Source of the DNA: Mobula birostris
Lineage: Eukaryota
Reading direction: 5' to 3'
Assembly: GCF_030028105.1 (NCBI RefSeq)
Contig: NC_092382.1
Location: 27,631,792-27,695,791 of the forward strand
Length of the DNA stretch: 64,000 bases
Positions 13,801 to 27,115 of the stretch are shown piece by piece. The notes beneath the pieces are model-generated. The model saw only the letters and a program-made list of their open reading frames with translations, was not told where the DNA came from and made no database searches. Numbering within the stretch: position 1 is the first letter of the stretch; every line of letters begins with the position of its first letter. The position numbers and the translations under genes are program-made.

Positions 13801-14484
13801 TCTCAACTGTTTTGAATATTGATCTACAACCTCACTCTATTACTGCCATTTTTGGGTTACCAATGATAGAATCAAGTCATTGAACCCCTTCAGCTCGTCG
13901 GATGATTGCATTTCTTACATTAATGGCTAGAAGATCCATTTTCCTGAATTGGAAAGAGATTAATCCTCCCACCACATTCCATTGGTTTTCTCAAACTATG
14001 TTGTGTTTAAATTTGGAAAAAATTAGAAGTGTTGTTTCTGATCCCTCTATTAAATTCGAAAAGACTTGGAGGCCATTTATTAAACATTTTCACATGATGT
14101 AACTTGACCTTTTCCAAACTTATTTTATTTCTTTGTAATACATGGTGAGAGGAACGGAGTCAACGACACTAATGGTTCCCTTTTTTTTAACGACGTTACT
14201 AAACAGCCCGTGCCTTTTTTTTAAGTTTAGTTGATTAACATTGTTCAGGTCAGTTTTTTTGCGGGGGTATATTTTTGTTTTTTTTTTCTTTTTCATGGTT
14301 TTTAATAGATGTTTTTGTTTTATATTGTTCATCTGTATCATGTATGATAGGGAGATTTAATACTCATGTGTCAGCTGGGCTTATTTAACTATGAAAATTA
14401 CAATGCTGTATTCCCAATAATTTTGTATCAATACTGTGGTATGTTTATTATTATTATAGCAATAAAGATTGAAAAAGAAAAAAA
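10890..14484 (+). mobile_element. 5'-truncated L1 (inner copy) with AATAAA, A-tail and 17-bp TSD
   Basis: SLDAEKAFDRV, GTRQGC, LYADD, C-terminal CDRC; TSD GAATATATGATTGTTTG at 10873-10889 and 14485-14501. Confidence 0.92.
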
Positions 14485-15662
14485 GAATATATGATTGTTT
14501 GTTTGAATATCTTACTTTACAGTTTGCTTTCTAGTTTTAATAACTTATGGCTAGATTTTTTAATTACATGTTGATTGGTATTTAAAATGGTTTGAAATAT
14601 TAACCTATTTAGTTTGAATGTGAAAGGGCTGAATCACCCCATCAAAAGGAACAAAGTGTTTGCTTATATTAAAAAATTAAAAGCACCCTTTTTTTTTTAC
14701 AAGAAACACACATACGCAGCTGTGATAGCTTACATTTTTTTACTCGGTGGAAGGATATGCAATTCCACTCTTCGTTTAATGCAAAATCACATGGAGTTTC
14801 AATTTTTGTAGGTAATACAGCTTCCTTTATTCAGCATAAACTTGTTTCGGACCCTAATAGTCGAGTTGTTATTGTATTAGGGAGTTTAGACAGTAACTTG
14901 ATTGTTTTTGCTAATGTATATGGCCCCCAATGTAGATGATCCAGGATTTTTTTGAATGTCTATTTTCATTTTTACCAGATTTGTGTACTTACTCCCTTGT
15001 GACGGGAGGAGATTTTAACTGCTGGTTAGATCCAATATTAGATCGCTCATCTATTAAACCAGCCACACTTAATAAATCAGCTTTATTTATCCAATCTTTT
15101 CTAACTATATGTGGTAGAGTTGATGCTTGGCGTTTACTTTATCCGACGGACAGGGAGTATTTTTTCTCTCATGTCCATCATTCTTATACCGGGATTGACT
15201 TCTTTTATTGATAGTCAAACGATTCCATTAGTTTGAAAAAAATGAATATAAAGAGATTGCTATTTCTGACCACTCTCCTGTAATTCTATCTTTAAATCTT
15301 CCTGGTCCTATTCCCATGAGTAGATTTTGGCGATTTAACTCTGTTATCCAATGAGGATTTTTAAAAAAATTATGGAGAATCAAATTACTTTTTTTTTTGA
15401 AGAAAATACGTTGGAAGAGAAGTCTAGCCTTATTATATGGGATACTTTTAAAGCCTACATCCGGGGTCAAATTATTTCTTTTACTGCAAACATCATTAAA
15501 AAAGCTAACAAAGAAAGAAATGAATTAGCCAATCAGTTAAAGCAACTGGACCATAAATATGCTTCGGTACCTGATCCTGAAACATATAAGAGACGTATTG
15601 AAACTAAAACTAAATATGACCTTCTTTTAATGTATCCAATTGAAAGCCAACTTTTAAAAGAT

Positions 15663-16320
15663 AGATTAGATTATGAGGACACTCAGTCCTCGTTTGTCAT
15701 TTAGTAATGCATGCATTAAGAAATGATACAATGTTCCTCCAGTATGATATTACAGAAACACAAGACAGAACAAGACTAAAACTGACAAAAACCATATAAT
15801 TATAACATAGTTACAACAGTGCAAAACAATACTGTAATTTGATAAAGAGCAGACCATGGGCACGGTAAAAAAAAGTCTCAAAGTCCCGATAGCCCCATCA
15901 TTTCACGCAGACGGTAGAAGGAAGAAACTCTAACTGCCATGAACTTCCAGCACCGCAAACTTGCCAATGCAGCGCCCTGGAAGCACCCGACCACAGCCGA
16001 CTGACTCCGTTCGAAAACGTCGAGCCTCCGACCAGCCCTCCGACATCGAGCACCATCTCTGCTGAGTGCTTCGACCCTGGCCCCGGCCGCCAAGCAACAG
16101 GCAAAGCCAAGGATTCGGGGCCTTGCCCTCCGGAGATTCTGGATCGCACAGTAGCAGTGGCAGCGAAACAGGCATTTCAGAAGTTACACCAGATGTTCCT
16201 CTGCGCTTCTCACATCTGTCTCCATCAAATCAGGATTGTGCACAGCATCCTACTTGACAAATAACAATATTCATCACTGGAGTGGCCGCTGCGTGCTTCG
16301 TCGTGCCACCATCTTCTCTC
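15663..16320 (-). mobile_element. Non-autonomous SINE-like retroelement (about 655 bp) inserted in L1 ORF2
   Basis: Interrupts the L1 frame QLLKD|SQLYIYGDK; starts GAGAAGATGGTGGC; ends in hairpin GAGGAC-TGAGT-GTCCTC + (TAATC)n tail. Confidence 0.75.
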
Positions 16321-16898
16321 AGTCAACTTTATATTTATGGAGATAAAACTGGTAAGCTACTGGCTAATCAATTGAAGCCATTTTCAGCCAAGCGGCAAAT
16401 TAAAGAAATACATAAAATTAATGGGGACATGACAACTGACCACCTTGAAATTAATGACACTTTTAGGGAATTTTATTCTAAATTGTATAGTTCTGACTCT
16501 GTTAATGATAATATTGCAATGAATAATTTTTAGATCAATTAAATATCCCTAATCTTTCGTTAGATGATCGTAGGCAATTGGATCAACCTATTTCCCAGGA
16601 GGAAATTGCTCAGGCTATTTGAGAATTGCATGCTGGGAAATCCCCTGGACCCGTGGATTCTCTGAAGAGTTTAATAAGACTTTTTCCTCCTTGCTTATAC
16701 CACACTTATGTTCTACCCTTACAGATTCCTTTAAGGTAGGAAGACTACCGCAGTCTTTTTACGAAGCTTCCATTTCGCTCATTCTCAAAAAGAATAAGAA
16801 TCCAACTGAATGTTCTTCATATAGACCTATCTCTTTACTCAATTTCCATACTAAAATTTTATCCAAAGTATTGGCTAGCAGACTCAAAAATATTATAT

Positions 16899-17175
16899 TG
16901 TAGCTGTGTGCTACACACAACACTAAAAATAACCACACGTAGTCGGTGAGTTAGAGTTGTGATAAAAGAGATTTATTCAAACTTCGTAGCCTGCTTTAAA
17001 GCCTTCCCGTTCCCGCCCTTCTTGGGCGGGACTGCTGTGGGGAATGCATAACGGCAGACCCTTTCCGCGCATGGGATTTCCCCCCTGCTGCTGAAGATGG
17101 CCTGGCGCCCTTTTTGGGGCCGGCCTCTCTGCCGGCGCGTGCTGGTTCGTGTGTGCTAGAAAGTGGGTCGCCACA
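16899..17175 (-). mobile_element. 3' LTR (277 bp) of Gypsy element
   Basis: TGTGGC...GCTACA termini on minus; G-rich PPT-like tract immediately upstream; AATAAA inside on minus. Confidence 0.8.
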
Positions 17176-18998
17176 TAACCACGCCCCCCAGAACCGGCGA
17201 TACATCCCCCAATGTCCAGAGTCTGGATCGGCCTCTGTTTGGGAGGTCTGCCCCTGCGCCGCGGTGCCTGAGCCTGGACCGGCTGCGCCAAGTCCACATG
17301 GGCCGGTTTGAGTCGGTCCACCGTGAAAACCTCCTCTCCCCCCCCCCCCCCCGATGTCCAGCACGAACGTGGACCCGTTGTTCCTGATCACCTTAAACGG
17401 CCCCTCGTAGGGCCGCTGTAGCGGTGCCCGGAGTCCGCCCCATCGTACAAAAAGAAACTTACAGTTCTGCAGGTCTTTGGGTACGCAGGTCGGGCTCTGT
17501 CCGTGCTGTGAAGTGGGGATGGGGGCCAGGTTACTGAGACGCTCCCGTAGTCTGTCCAGGACTGCTGCGGGTTCTTCCTCTTGCCCCCTTGGGGCTGGTA
17601 TGAACTCTCCTGGGACTACCAGGGGTGCGCCGTACACCAACTCAGCCAACGAGGTGTGCAGATCCTCCTCGGGTGCTGAGCGAATTCTGAGCAGGACCCA
17701 GGGAAGTTCGTCCACCCAGTTAGGCCCCTCCAGGCCGGCCATGAGAGCCGACTTCAGGTGACGGTGGAAGGTATTTGTGTGGTGTAGCTGCGATCCTAAA
17801 AGGTTGGCCATAGTTGACCACAGGCAGGAGGTGAACTGGGCTCCCCTGTCGGAGGTAATGTGGGCTGGTACCCCAAAGCGTGCTACCCAGGTTGCGATCA
17901 GTGCTCGGGCGCAGGATTCGGAGGTGGTGTTGCTGAGCGAGACTGCCTCTGGCCATCTGGTGCACCAGTCTATCATAGTTAGGAGGTACCATGCTCCTCG
18001 TGACACTGGCAGGGGCCCCACGATATCCACATGAATGTGGTCGAACCTCCGGCGGGTGGGTTCGAACCGCTGCGGCGGAGCCTTGGTGTGCCACTGCACC
18101 TTGGCCGTTTGGCACTGCATGCACGTTTTGGCCCATTCACTGACCTGTTTACGAAGTCCATGCCACACGAACCTGTTGGCGACCAGCCGGACGGTTGTCC
18201 TGATGGAGGGGTGCACTAAGTTGTGAATGGATTTGAAAACCGGCCGGCGCCAGGCTGCTGGGACAATGGGCCGGGGTTGGCCGGTAGCTACGTAACACAG
18301 TAGGGTCCTCTCACCTGGGCCTACGGGGAGGTCTTGGAGCTGCAAACCGGAGACTGCAGTCCTGTAACTGGGGATCTCAGCGTCTGCCTGCTGTGCCTCT
18401 GCCAGCGCTGCATAGTCCACCCCCTGGGACAGGGCCTGTATGGTAGGTCTGGATAGTGTGTCCACCATGACGTTGTCCTTTCCCGGACATGCCGGATGTC
18501 CGTCGTATATTCGGAGATGTAGGACAGATGTCGCTGCTGGTGGGAAGACCAGGGGTCGGACACCTTAGTGAACGCAAAGGTAAGCGGTTTGTGGTCTGTG
18601 AACGCAGTGAAGGGCCTATCTTCTAAGAAATATCTGAAATGCCGGATTGCCAGGTATAGTGTCAATAGCTCCCGGTTGAAAGCACTGTATTTGAGTTTGG
18701 GTGGTCGTAGGAGTTTGCTGAAGAATGCCAGGGGTTGCCAGCGACTCTCGATGAGTTGTTCCAGCACTCCACTGACTGCTGTGTTGGATGCGTCCACCGT
18801 GAGGGCAGTAGGAACGTCCGTTCTGGGGTGCACTAGCATCGCGGCGTTTGCTAAGGCTTCTTTGGTTTTAACAAAAGCGGCCGCGGCCTCTTTATCCCAG
18901 GTAATGTCCTTGCCCTTACCCGACATCAGGGTGAACAGGGGGCGCATGATTCGGGCTGCTGAGGGGAGGAAACAGTGGTAGAAATTCACCATACCCAT
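17176..18998 (-). mobile_element. Gypsy pol remnant (RNase H + integrase, canonical order)
   Basis: VDASNTAVSGVL, RELLTLY, FTDHKPL; H-H-C-C zinc motif, HVDIVGPLP, ITSDRGAQF, PYEGPFKV. Confidence 0.92.
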
Positions 18999-19107
18999 GA
19001 AACGTCGACTGTACTTCTTCCTAGAGATGCTGCCTGGCCTGCTGCGTTCACCAGCAACTTTGATGTGTGTTGCTTGAATTTCCAGCATCTGCAGAATTCC
19101 TCATGTT
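18999..19107 (+). mobile_element. Penelope-like terminal repeat fragment (3' half of hammerhead motif only)
   Basis: GAAACGTCGACTG...GATGCTGCCTGGCCTGCTGCGTTCACCAGC is the same family as 53739-54858. Confidence 0.8.
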
Positions 19108-19800
19108 TAGGAAAATGGTGCATAGTTTTCTGAAGGTGGAATCTCATGTGGATAGGGTGGTGAAGAAAGCTTTTGGTATGCTGGCCTTTGTAAATCAGAG
19201 CATTGAGTATAGGAGTTGGGATGTAATGTTAAAATTGTACAAGGCATTGGTAAGGCCAAATTTGGAGTATTGTGTACAGTTCTGGTCACTGAGTTACAGG
19301 AAAGATGTCAACAAAATAGAGAGAGTACAGAGGAGATTTACTAGAATGTTACCTGGGTTTCAGCACCTGAGTTACAGAGAAAGGTTGAACAAGTTAGATC
19401 TTTATTCTTTGGAGCGTAGAAGGTTGAGGGGGGACTTGATAGAGGTATTTAAAATTATGAGGGGGATAGATAGACTTGACGTGGATAGGCTTTTTCCTTT
19501 GAGAGTAGGGGAGATTCAAGCAACTGGACATTAGTTGAGAGTTAAGGGGCAAAAGTTCAGGGGTAACACGAGGGGGAACTTCTTTACTCGGAGAGTGGTA
19601 GCTGTGTGGAACGAGCTTCCAGTAGAAGTGGTAGAGGCGGGTTCGATTTTGTCATTTAAAAAAAATTCGATCGGTATATGGACAGGAAAGGAACGGAGGG
19701 TAGAGGCAGGTAGATGTGACTAAGTGAGAGTAAGCGTTCAACACGGACTAGAAGGGCCAAGTTGGCCTATTTCCGTGCTGTAATTGTTATATGGTTATAT
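19108..19800 (+). mobile_element. CR1 LINE 3' end
   Basis: LYKALVRPNLEYCVQFWS, RRRLRGDLIEVFKI; TTATATGGTTATAT tail. Confidence 0.9.
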
Positions 19801-19955
19801 GAACTTGCGGGTGTCTCTGTAGGTTGGACAACTGAGTGACTTCCTTCTCAGACCGAGCAGGTGAATGGCCTCTCCCCAGTGTGAACTGACTGGTGTGCTT
19901 GTAGGCTAGCTAACTGTGTGAATCCCTTCCCACAGACTGAGCAGGCGAATGGCCG

Positions 19956-20993
19956 CTATGCAGTGTGAACTGACTGGTGTCTCAGTAGGTGAGATGCCTG
20001 AGTGAATCCCTTCCCACAGTCTGAGCAGGTGAACGGCCTCTCCCCAGTGTGAACTTGCTGGTGTCTCTGTAGATCAGATGATCGAGTGAATCCCTTCCCA
20101 CAGACTGAGCAGGTGAATGGCCTCTCCCCAGTGTGAAATCGCTGGTGTTTCAGTAGGTCAGATGACTGAGTGAATCCCTTCCCACAGTCTGTGCAGGTGA
20201 ATGGCCTCTCTCCAGTGTGAACTCGCTGATGTACCTTCAGTTTAGATGAGGAAGTGAATCCCTTCCCACAGACTGAGCAGGTGAATGGCCACTCCCCAGT
20301 GTGAACTGACTGGTGTTCTTGTAGGTGAGCTGACTGTGTGAATCCCTTCCCACAGTCTGAGCAGGTGAACAGCCTCTGCCCTGTGTGAACTCGCTGATGT
20401 ATCTGCAGATGAGATGACTGAGTAAATCCCTTCCTACAGACTGAGCAGGTGAACGGCCTCTCCCCAGTGTGAACTCGCTGATGTACCTTCAGTTGGGATG
20501 AGCAACTGAATCCCTTCGCACAGTCTGAGCAGGTGAATGGCCTCTCCCCAGTGTGAAGTCGCTGATGTATCTGCAGATCAGGTGATCGAGTGAATCCCTT
20601 CCCACAGTCTGAGCAGGTGAACGGCCTCTCCCCAGTGTGAACTCGCTGATGTTCCTTCAGTTGAGATGACGAAGTGAATCCCTTCCCACAGTCTGAGCAG
20701 GTGAACGGCCTCTCCCCAGTGTGAACTCGCTGATGTATCTGTAGATCAGATGATCGAGCAAATCCCTTCCCACAGTCTGAGCAGGTGAACGGCCTCTCCC
20801 CAGTGTGAACTCGCTGATGTGCTTGTAGGTTAGCTAACTGTGTGAATCCCTTCCCACAGTCCGAGCAGGTGAATGGCCTCTCCCCAGTGTGAACTCTCTG
20901 ATGTACCTTCAGGTTAGATGACTGAGTGAATCCCTTCCCGCAGTCTGAGCAGGTGAACGGCTGCTCCCTGGTGTGAACTCGCTGGTGAGCCAT
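19956..20993 (-). CDS. Tandem C2H2 zinc-finger protein B, 12 fingers
   Basis: 345-aa ORF; same MAHQRVH start as paralog A; acceptor at 21399. Confidence 0.92.
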   Translation of the reverse strand: MAHQRVHTREQPFTCSDCGKGFTQSSNLKVHQRVHTGERPFTCSDCGKGFTQLANLQAHQRVHTGERPFTCSDCGKGFARSSDLQIHQRVHTGERPFTCSDCGKGFTSSSQLKEHQRVHTGERPFTCSDCGKGFTRSPDLQIHQRLHTGERPFTCSDCAKGFSCSSQLKVHQRVHTGERPFTCSVCRKGFTQSSHLQIHQRVHTGQRLFTCSDCGKGFTQSAHLQEHQSVHTGEWPFTCSVCGKGFTSSSKLKVHQRVHTGERPFTCTDCGKGFTQSSDLLKHQRFHTGERPFTCSVCGKGFTRSSDLQRHQQVHTGERPFTCSDCGKGFTQASHLLRHQSVHTA

Positions 20994-22238
20994 TAGGTCG
21001 AATAACCGCGTGAATCCTTCCCCACAAATTCAGCAGATGACCAGCCTCTGCTCAGTGTGAACAGACTGGCGTATCCACAGGTGGGATGACCGACTGAATC
21101 CCGTCTCACACATAGAACAGGTGAATGGGCTTGTCTCAGTGTAAACTTGCTGATGTACCTGCAGTTAAGATGATAGAGTGAATCCATTCCACTGTCTGAG
21201 CAGGTGAATGGCCTCTCCCCTGTGTAAGATGACGGGCATGCCAGTCGGTCAGATGATCAAATGAATCTCTCCCCACAGTCTGAGCAGGAAGGATGATCGA
21301 GTGAATCATTGCTCCACTTCTTAAATATCTGGACAAAGACAGCAAAACTGGCGTGTTGTGTTCGAGATTCCCGTAGACAAATTCCTTGTCATTTTTAATC
21401 TGTAAAAAGATTTACAAAATCGATCAATGAGTGAAGGACAACATTTCAGATGAGATCACTTGAGTTGCCAAGGTGTGACCTGGCATCACACTGTTACAGT
21501 GAGGTTCAACCCAAGTTGGAGAGAGAAATCATCTTCTAACTGGGCACAGTGCTGGTATCTGGAATGACCATCAAATTCTCTGATGCTCTTCCTGTTTCTA
21601 TAAGAATGGGGCATTTCTGCCATCTCCAATCTGTGACCTGGCTCAGTTTGACTCTCTCCATTGGTATTGTTCCCTGTTCCCACTGAGCTGCATGGGTTCC
21701 TGGCCCCACAGTAACTGAAATACTCACACAAATAGCCGGCAGTGCATTCCATGCATCCACCACTCTCTGTGTAAAAAACTTACCCCTGACTTCCCCTCAG
21801 TATCTATTTCCAAGCACCTTAAAACTATGTCCCCTGTTGTTAGCCATTTCAGCCCTGGGAAAAAAACCTCTGGCTCTCCATACGATTAATGCCCCTCATT
21901 AAAAAAGGCTCTAAACATAAACAAGGAAATTATACATTGCTTTGAGGATTTGTTAGAAGTATATAAAATTATGAGGGTATAGGGTAAATGCAAGCAGCTT
22001 TTTCCACTGAGGTTGGGTGGGATGACAACCAGAGGTCATGGGTAAGTGGGGAAGGTGAAAATTTAATGGGAACATTTGGAAAAGCTCTTTCCTGCAGTGG
22101 TCGTGAGAGTGTGGATTGAGATGTCAGCACAAGTGGTGAATATGAACTCGGTTTCACCATTTCAAAGAAGTTTGGATGGGAGCCTGGATGATAGGGGTAT
22201 GGAGGGCGATGGTCTCGGTGCAGGTAGTTGCATTAGAC

Positions 22239-23456
22239 CAGCGGTCCCCAACCACCGGGTCGCAAAGCATGTGCTCCCGGGCCACAAGGAAACAATATGA
22301 TTTGGCGATATGAGTCAGCTGCACCTTTTCTCATTCCCCGTCACGGCCACTGATCAGCCATTACACATGTGAGGTCATGACCCGCGCGTCATCTGTGTCA
22401 GCGCGGGAAGGAGATCAACTCCTCGAGCTTGCAAATGACGGCGAGCTGAGAAGTATGTTTGAAATAACATCTCTGTCGGCATTCTGGATCAAAGTCAAGG
22501 CTAAATATCCTGAGATAGCCACGAAAGCACTGAAAACGTTGCTTCCATTTCCAACATATCTCTGCGAAGCGGAGTTTTCTCCAATGAATGAAACGAAAAC
22601 TAAATTGCGGAATAGACTGGACAGGAACTCACTTTGAGTATCGCTGTCTCCCATCATCCCTCGATAGGACCGTGTTGTTGGAGGGAAACAAGCCCAGGGC
22701 TCCCACTGATTCAGCGATATTGGTGTGTTGCAATGATCTTATATATTCATACGGGGAAAATATGTGCTGTGTGTTTAAAATCCAAATGTTACTTAAAATG
22801 TCATGATGCTGTTGACTTACCTATATAACCATATAACAATTACAGCACGGAAACAGGCCATCTTGGCCCTTCTAGTCCGTGCCGAACGCTACTCTCACCT
22901 AGTCCCGCCGACCTGTACTCAGCCCATAACCCTCCATTCCTTTCCTGTCCATATAGCTATCCAATTTTTCTTTAAATGATAATATCAAACCTGCTTCTGC
23001 CACTTCTACTGGAAGTTCATTCATCACTTACTTCAAGCTCCTCTAATAATTGACTTATCACTATATTCATGCGAGGAAAATATGTGCTGTGTGTTTAATA
23101 TTAAATTCGTTAGATAAACCCTTTTAGAAATGAAATTGGGTGTATTAGCCATTTATCACCTATATTCCAGTCATGATTAACACCGCTCCCCCCCCCCCAC
23201 TCCGAACAGAATCACGAAAAAGGATTTGCAGGAAAAATCGGCAGGCCACAACGCGCATGCGCACTGGTGCCCGCGCAAGGCTTCATGGTCATTGTAGTCT
23301 TTCTCTGGGTAAACGCAACGTATTTGACTGCTACTCTTGTCCGTTGGCAACCCTACCCACCCCCCCCACCGCCCCCCCCCCACCGGGTCGGCCGCTCCAC
23401 AAGAATATTGTCAATATTAAACCGGTCCGCAGTGCAAAAAAGGTTGGGGACCCTTG
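22239..23456 (+). mobile_element. Non-autonomous hAT (Charlie/Buster-type) DNA transposon
   Basis: TIRs CAGCGGTCCCCAACC / GGTTGGGGACCCTTG; 8-bp TSD CATTAGAC (22231-22238, 23457-23464); hATC dimerisation relic FWIKVK.KYPEIA..ALK.LLPFPTYLCE..FS; empty site in copy D near 60888. Confidence 0.93.
22823..23022 (-). mobile_element. CR1 3' tail nested in the hAT element
   Basis: Reverse complement of the CR1 3' UTR at about 19610-19800. Confidence 0.8.
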
Positions 23457-24621
23457 CATTAGACAGCTTAAATGTTTTTTCAGCATTGACCAGATGGGCT
23501 AAATAGCCTGTTTCTATACTGAACTTCTCCATGTTTCTATGACACAGAAGCTGGCCAAACTTGTTTGGAAGGGAAAAGTTGGGAGTGACAACGGAGCAGC
23601 GATGGCTGGAGTTTCTGGGAGCAATTTGGGAGCTCAGTGATCGATACATCCGAAAGATGTGGAAACATTGGAAAGGCAGGAGGACACAACCGTGGTTGAA
23701 ATGAGAAGCCAAAGCCAACATAAAAGCCAAAGAGAGGGTAAACAAAAGAATGAAAACGATTGGGAAGCTTTTAGAAACCAACAGAAGACGACTAAAAAAA
23801 AAGTCAGAGCTCAGGGCGTGGAATTATGATATTGTAGTCATTAGTGAGTCTTTGTAGCGCCCAACAGTCTGAGGCATTTAGAGGAACAAAATATCCGGGG
23901 CTTCAATATCTCTTGAAAACCAAGGTTCCCTGCACCAGTTAACTTTCAACTTTTATTATGCAGGCACATACAAACTCTACACCTTCAAAATTTCACTTCT
24001 GAAGGCCCCCCACTTACCAAGTACTCCTTTGCCAGAAAACAGCCTGTCCCAAACCACACTTGTCAGATCCTTTCTGATACCATCAAAATTGACCTTTCTC
24101 CAATTTAGAATCTCAACCCATGGTCCAGACCTCTCTTTTTTCCATATTTACTTTGAATCTCATGGCATTATGGTCACTAATTTCAGTCACCAGCCCTGGA
24201 TCATCAACCTATTGCACACTTTTACATCAGGAATTCTATGTACTGATTAAGGGCACATTTGACAAACTATACCCCATCTAGTCCTCTTACAGTATGGGAG
24301 TCCCAGTCAATACATGGAAAGTTAAAATCACTTACTGAATCAACTTTTGTTTCTTGGCATGGTCTGCGATCTCTCTACAAATTTGTTCCTCTAAATCCCT
24401 CGGATTGTTGGGTGCAACCAAGTCCCCAATAATGGCTACAATATCAGAATTCCCTGTCCTGAGCTCATCTGGTTTTCCTACAGTGCTTCTTGCATTGTGA
24501 TATACACAGCTCAGCACATTCATCGCTCCATGCTCAACCATTTGATTGCTGACTGTACCTGAGGTCTGAACAACATCCGACTGGTGTAAAGAAAACAACC
24601 TCTCCCTCATTGTCACAAAAC

Positions 24622-27115
24622 ATGCATCATTGCTGTCGCAGTTTATGTTCCACTGGATGCTAATGCTAAAGTAGCCATGAAAGACCTCAGTGCTGCTATT
24701 AGCAAGCTGCAGACATTGCATCCAGACGGAGCTTTGACTGTCGCTGGAGACTTTAATCATTGTAACCTACGTACCGTGCTTCCAAGATTTTACCAAAATG
24801 TATTATGCACCACCAGGTGTAATAAAATCTCAGATCATGTGTACACAAATGTGGCTGACACTCACAAACTAACTACCCTCCCCCATCTGGGACAGTCCGA
24901 CCATCTTTCATTGTTTCTGCTTCCCAAGTATAGCCCGGTCACTAAACGTGTGAAACCCACAATGAAGACTATTAAGATCTGGCTGGAGGGGGCTGACTCT
25001 GCTCTTCAGCACCAATTCCAGCACACAGACTGGAGCACGTTTGCTGCCCATACCACCACAGACTCTCAGATTAACATTGATTTATACACCAACTCTGTCC
25101 TTGAGCACATCAACAAGTGTGTAGATAGAGAGACATTACTAAAACAAATAAGAGTTTTCCCCAATCAGAAACCATGGATGAACAGAGAGGTTCACCTCCT
25201 GCTCAAAGCCAGAGATTCAGCCTTCAGGTCTGGAGACTGGGAGGTTCACAGCTCAGCCAGGGCCAACCTGAGGAGGGGAATCTCTCAGGCTAAACACATA
25301 TACAAACAGAGAATCGAGGAGCATTTCAACTCCTCAGACCCCCGGTCCATGCACATGGCATACAGGTCATTACAGACTTCAAACCTCCTAGTACTGTGCC
25401 CCCTTCCAGCTCTGCTACCCTCCCTGATGAGCTCAATTACTTCTACGTTCGCTCTGATCGAGGGAACAAGGAGGTCACCCTCAAAGCGGATCTCCCACCT
25501 GGTGAACTGTCTCTCTCACTTTCCACCTCCGATGTTTGTGTCACCCTGAGCAGGGTGAATGTACGGAAGGCAGCTGGTCTGGATGCAATACCTGGCCGTG
25601 TGGTGAGACTCTGTGCAGGGCAGTTGACCGGGGTCTTCATGGACATTTTTAATTTGTCACTGGCCCAGGGATTTGTCCCCATAAGCTTCAAGATCACCAC
25701 CATCGTGCCAGTGCCGAAGCATTCCACTGCCACGAGCCTGAATGATTTCCGCCCAGTTGCACTCACCCCCATCATTGCAAAGTGCTTTGAGAGACTGGTT
25801 CTATCACATCTGAAATCCTGTCTGCCCACTACCCTGGACCCCCATCAATTTGCCTATCGCACCAACAGGTCAACAGAGGACACCATCTCCACGGCACTTC
25901 ACTCTGCCCTGACCCACCTGGACAGCCCCAACTCTTATGTCAGAATGCTGTTCATTGACATTAGTTCGGCATTCAATTCTGTAAGCCCCTTCAAGCTGAT
26001 CACCAAACTTCGCCAGCTTGGTATCAGCTCATCCCTCTGCAATTGGACCTTGGACTTTCTGACAAACAGACCCCAATCAGTTAAGTTAGACAACCTCTCC
26101 TCCTCCACTCTCACCCCGAACACCGGCGTGCCTCAAGGCTGTGTGCTGAGCCCTCTTCTGTACTCCCTTTTCACCTATGACTGTGTTCCTGTACATGGTT
26201 CTAACTCCATAATCAAGTTCGCAGATGACACCATGGTGGTTGGCTTGATCAGAGGGGATGACGAAATGGCCTACAGGGATGAGGTCCAGCACCTGGCTGT
26301 GTAGTGTGCTGATAACAATCTGCCTCTTAACACCCAGAAGACCAAGGAGATCATTGTGGACTTCAGGCATGCTAGGAGCCACACTCACGTCCCCATCTAC
26401 ATCAACGGATCTGTAATGGAGCGTGTATCAAGCTTCAAACTCCTTGGTGTCCACATTTTCGATGATCTCACCTGGTCCCTGAACTCCTCCATCCTGATCA
26501 AAAAGGTGCAACAGCGCCTTTACTTCCTGCGGAGCATCAATAAAGCTCTCCTCTGTCCCAGGATATGACGGACTTTTACCGCTGTACCATTGAGAGCATA
26601 CTCACCAACTGCATCTCAGTGTGGTATGGCAATTGTCCTGTATCGGACTGCAAAGCACTCCAGCATGTGGTGAAAACTGCCCAGCGGATTATCGGCACCT
26701 AATTGTCCACCATTGAGAACATCTACCATAAATGCTGCCTGGGCAGGGCGAAAAGCATTATCAAGGATGCATCTCACCCTAACCATGGACTTTTTACTCT
26801 CCTCCCATCTGGTAGGTGCTACAGGAGCCTCCGCTCCCACACCAGCAGGCACAGGAAGAGCTTCTTCCCTGAGGCTGTGACCCTGCTGAACCTCTCATCA
26901 CAGCGCTAAGCAGTATTGCACCCGTCTCAGTACTACTCGGGACAGTATTACTGTCTCAGTACTTTTATATTTGTGTGCTGTAGTACTTACTTTTTACTCT
27001 CAGTTATTTTGTAAATAACACTATTCTTTGCATTTCTGGTCAGATGCTAACTGCATTTCATTGGCTTTGTATCTGTACTTGGCACAATGACAATAAAGTT
27101 GAATCCAATCTGATC
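24622..27115 (+). mobile_element. Rex/Babar LINE, 5'-truncated (EN-RT), inserted in an older Rex fragment
   Basis: AGDFNH, HLGQSDH, FRPVALT, GVPQGCVLSP, KFADDT; AATAAAGTTGAATCCAATCTGATCT tail; absent in copies A and D. Confidence 0.92.

Larger units (their letters stand above)
9579..16898 (+). mobile_element. L1-clade LINE (outer copy): ORF1 about 9700-10473, ORF2 EN/RT start 14590-16898, split by three insertions
   Basis: Coiled coil + RRNNL ORF1 motif; NVKGLNHPIKR, GGDFNC, SDHSP, SYRPISLLN. Confidence 0.88.
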
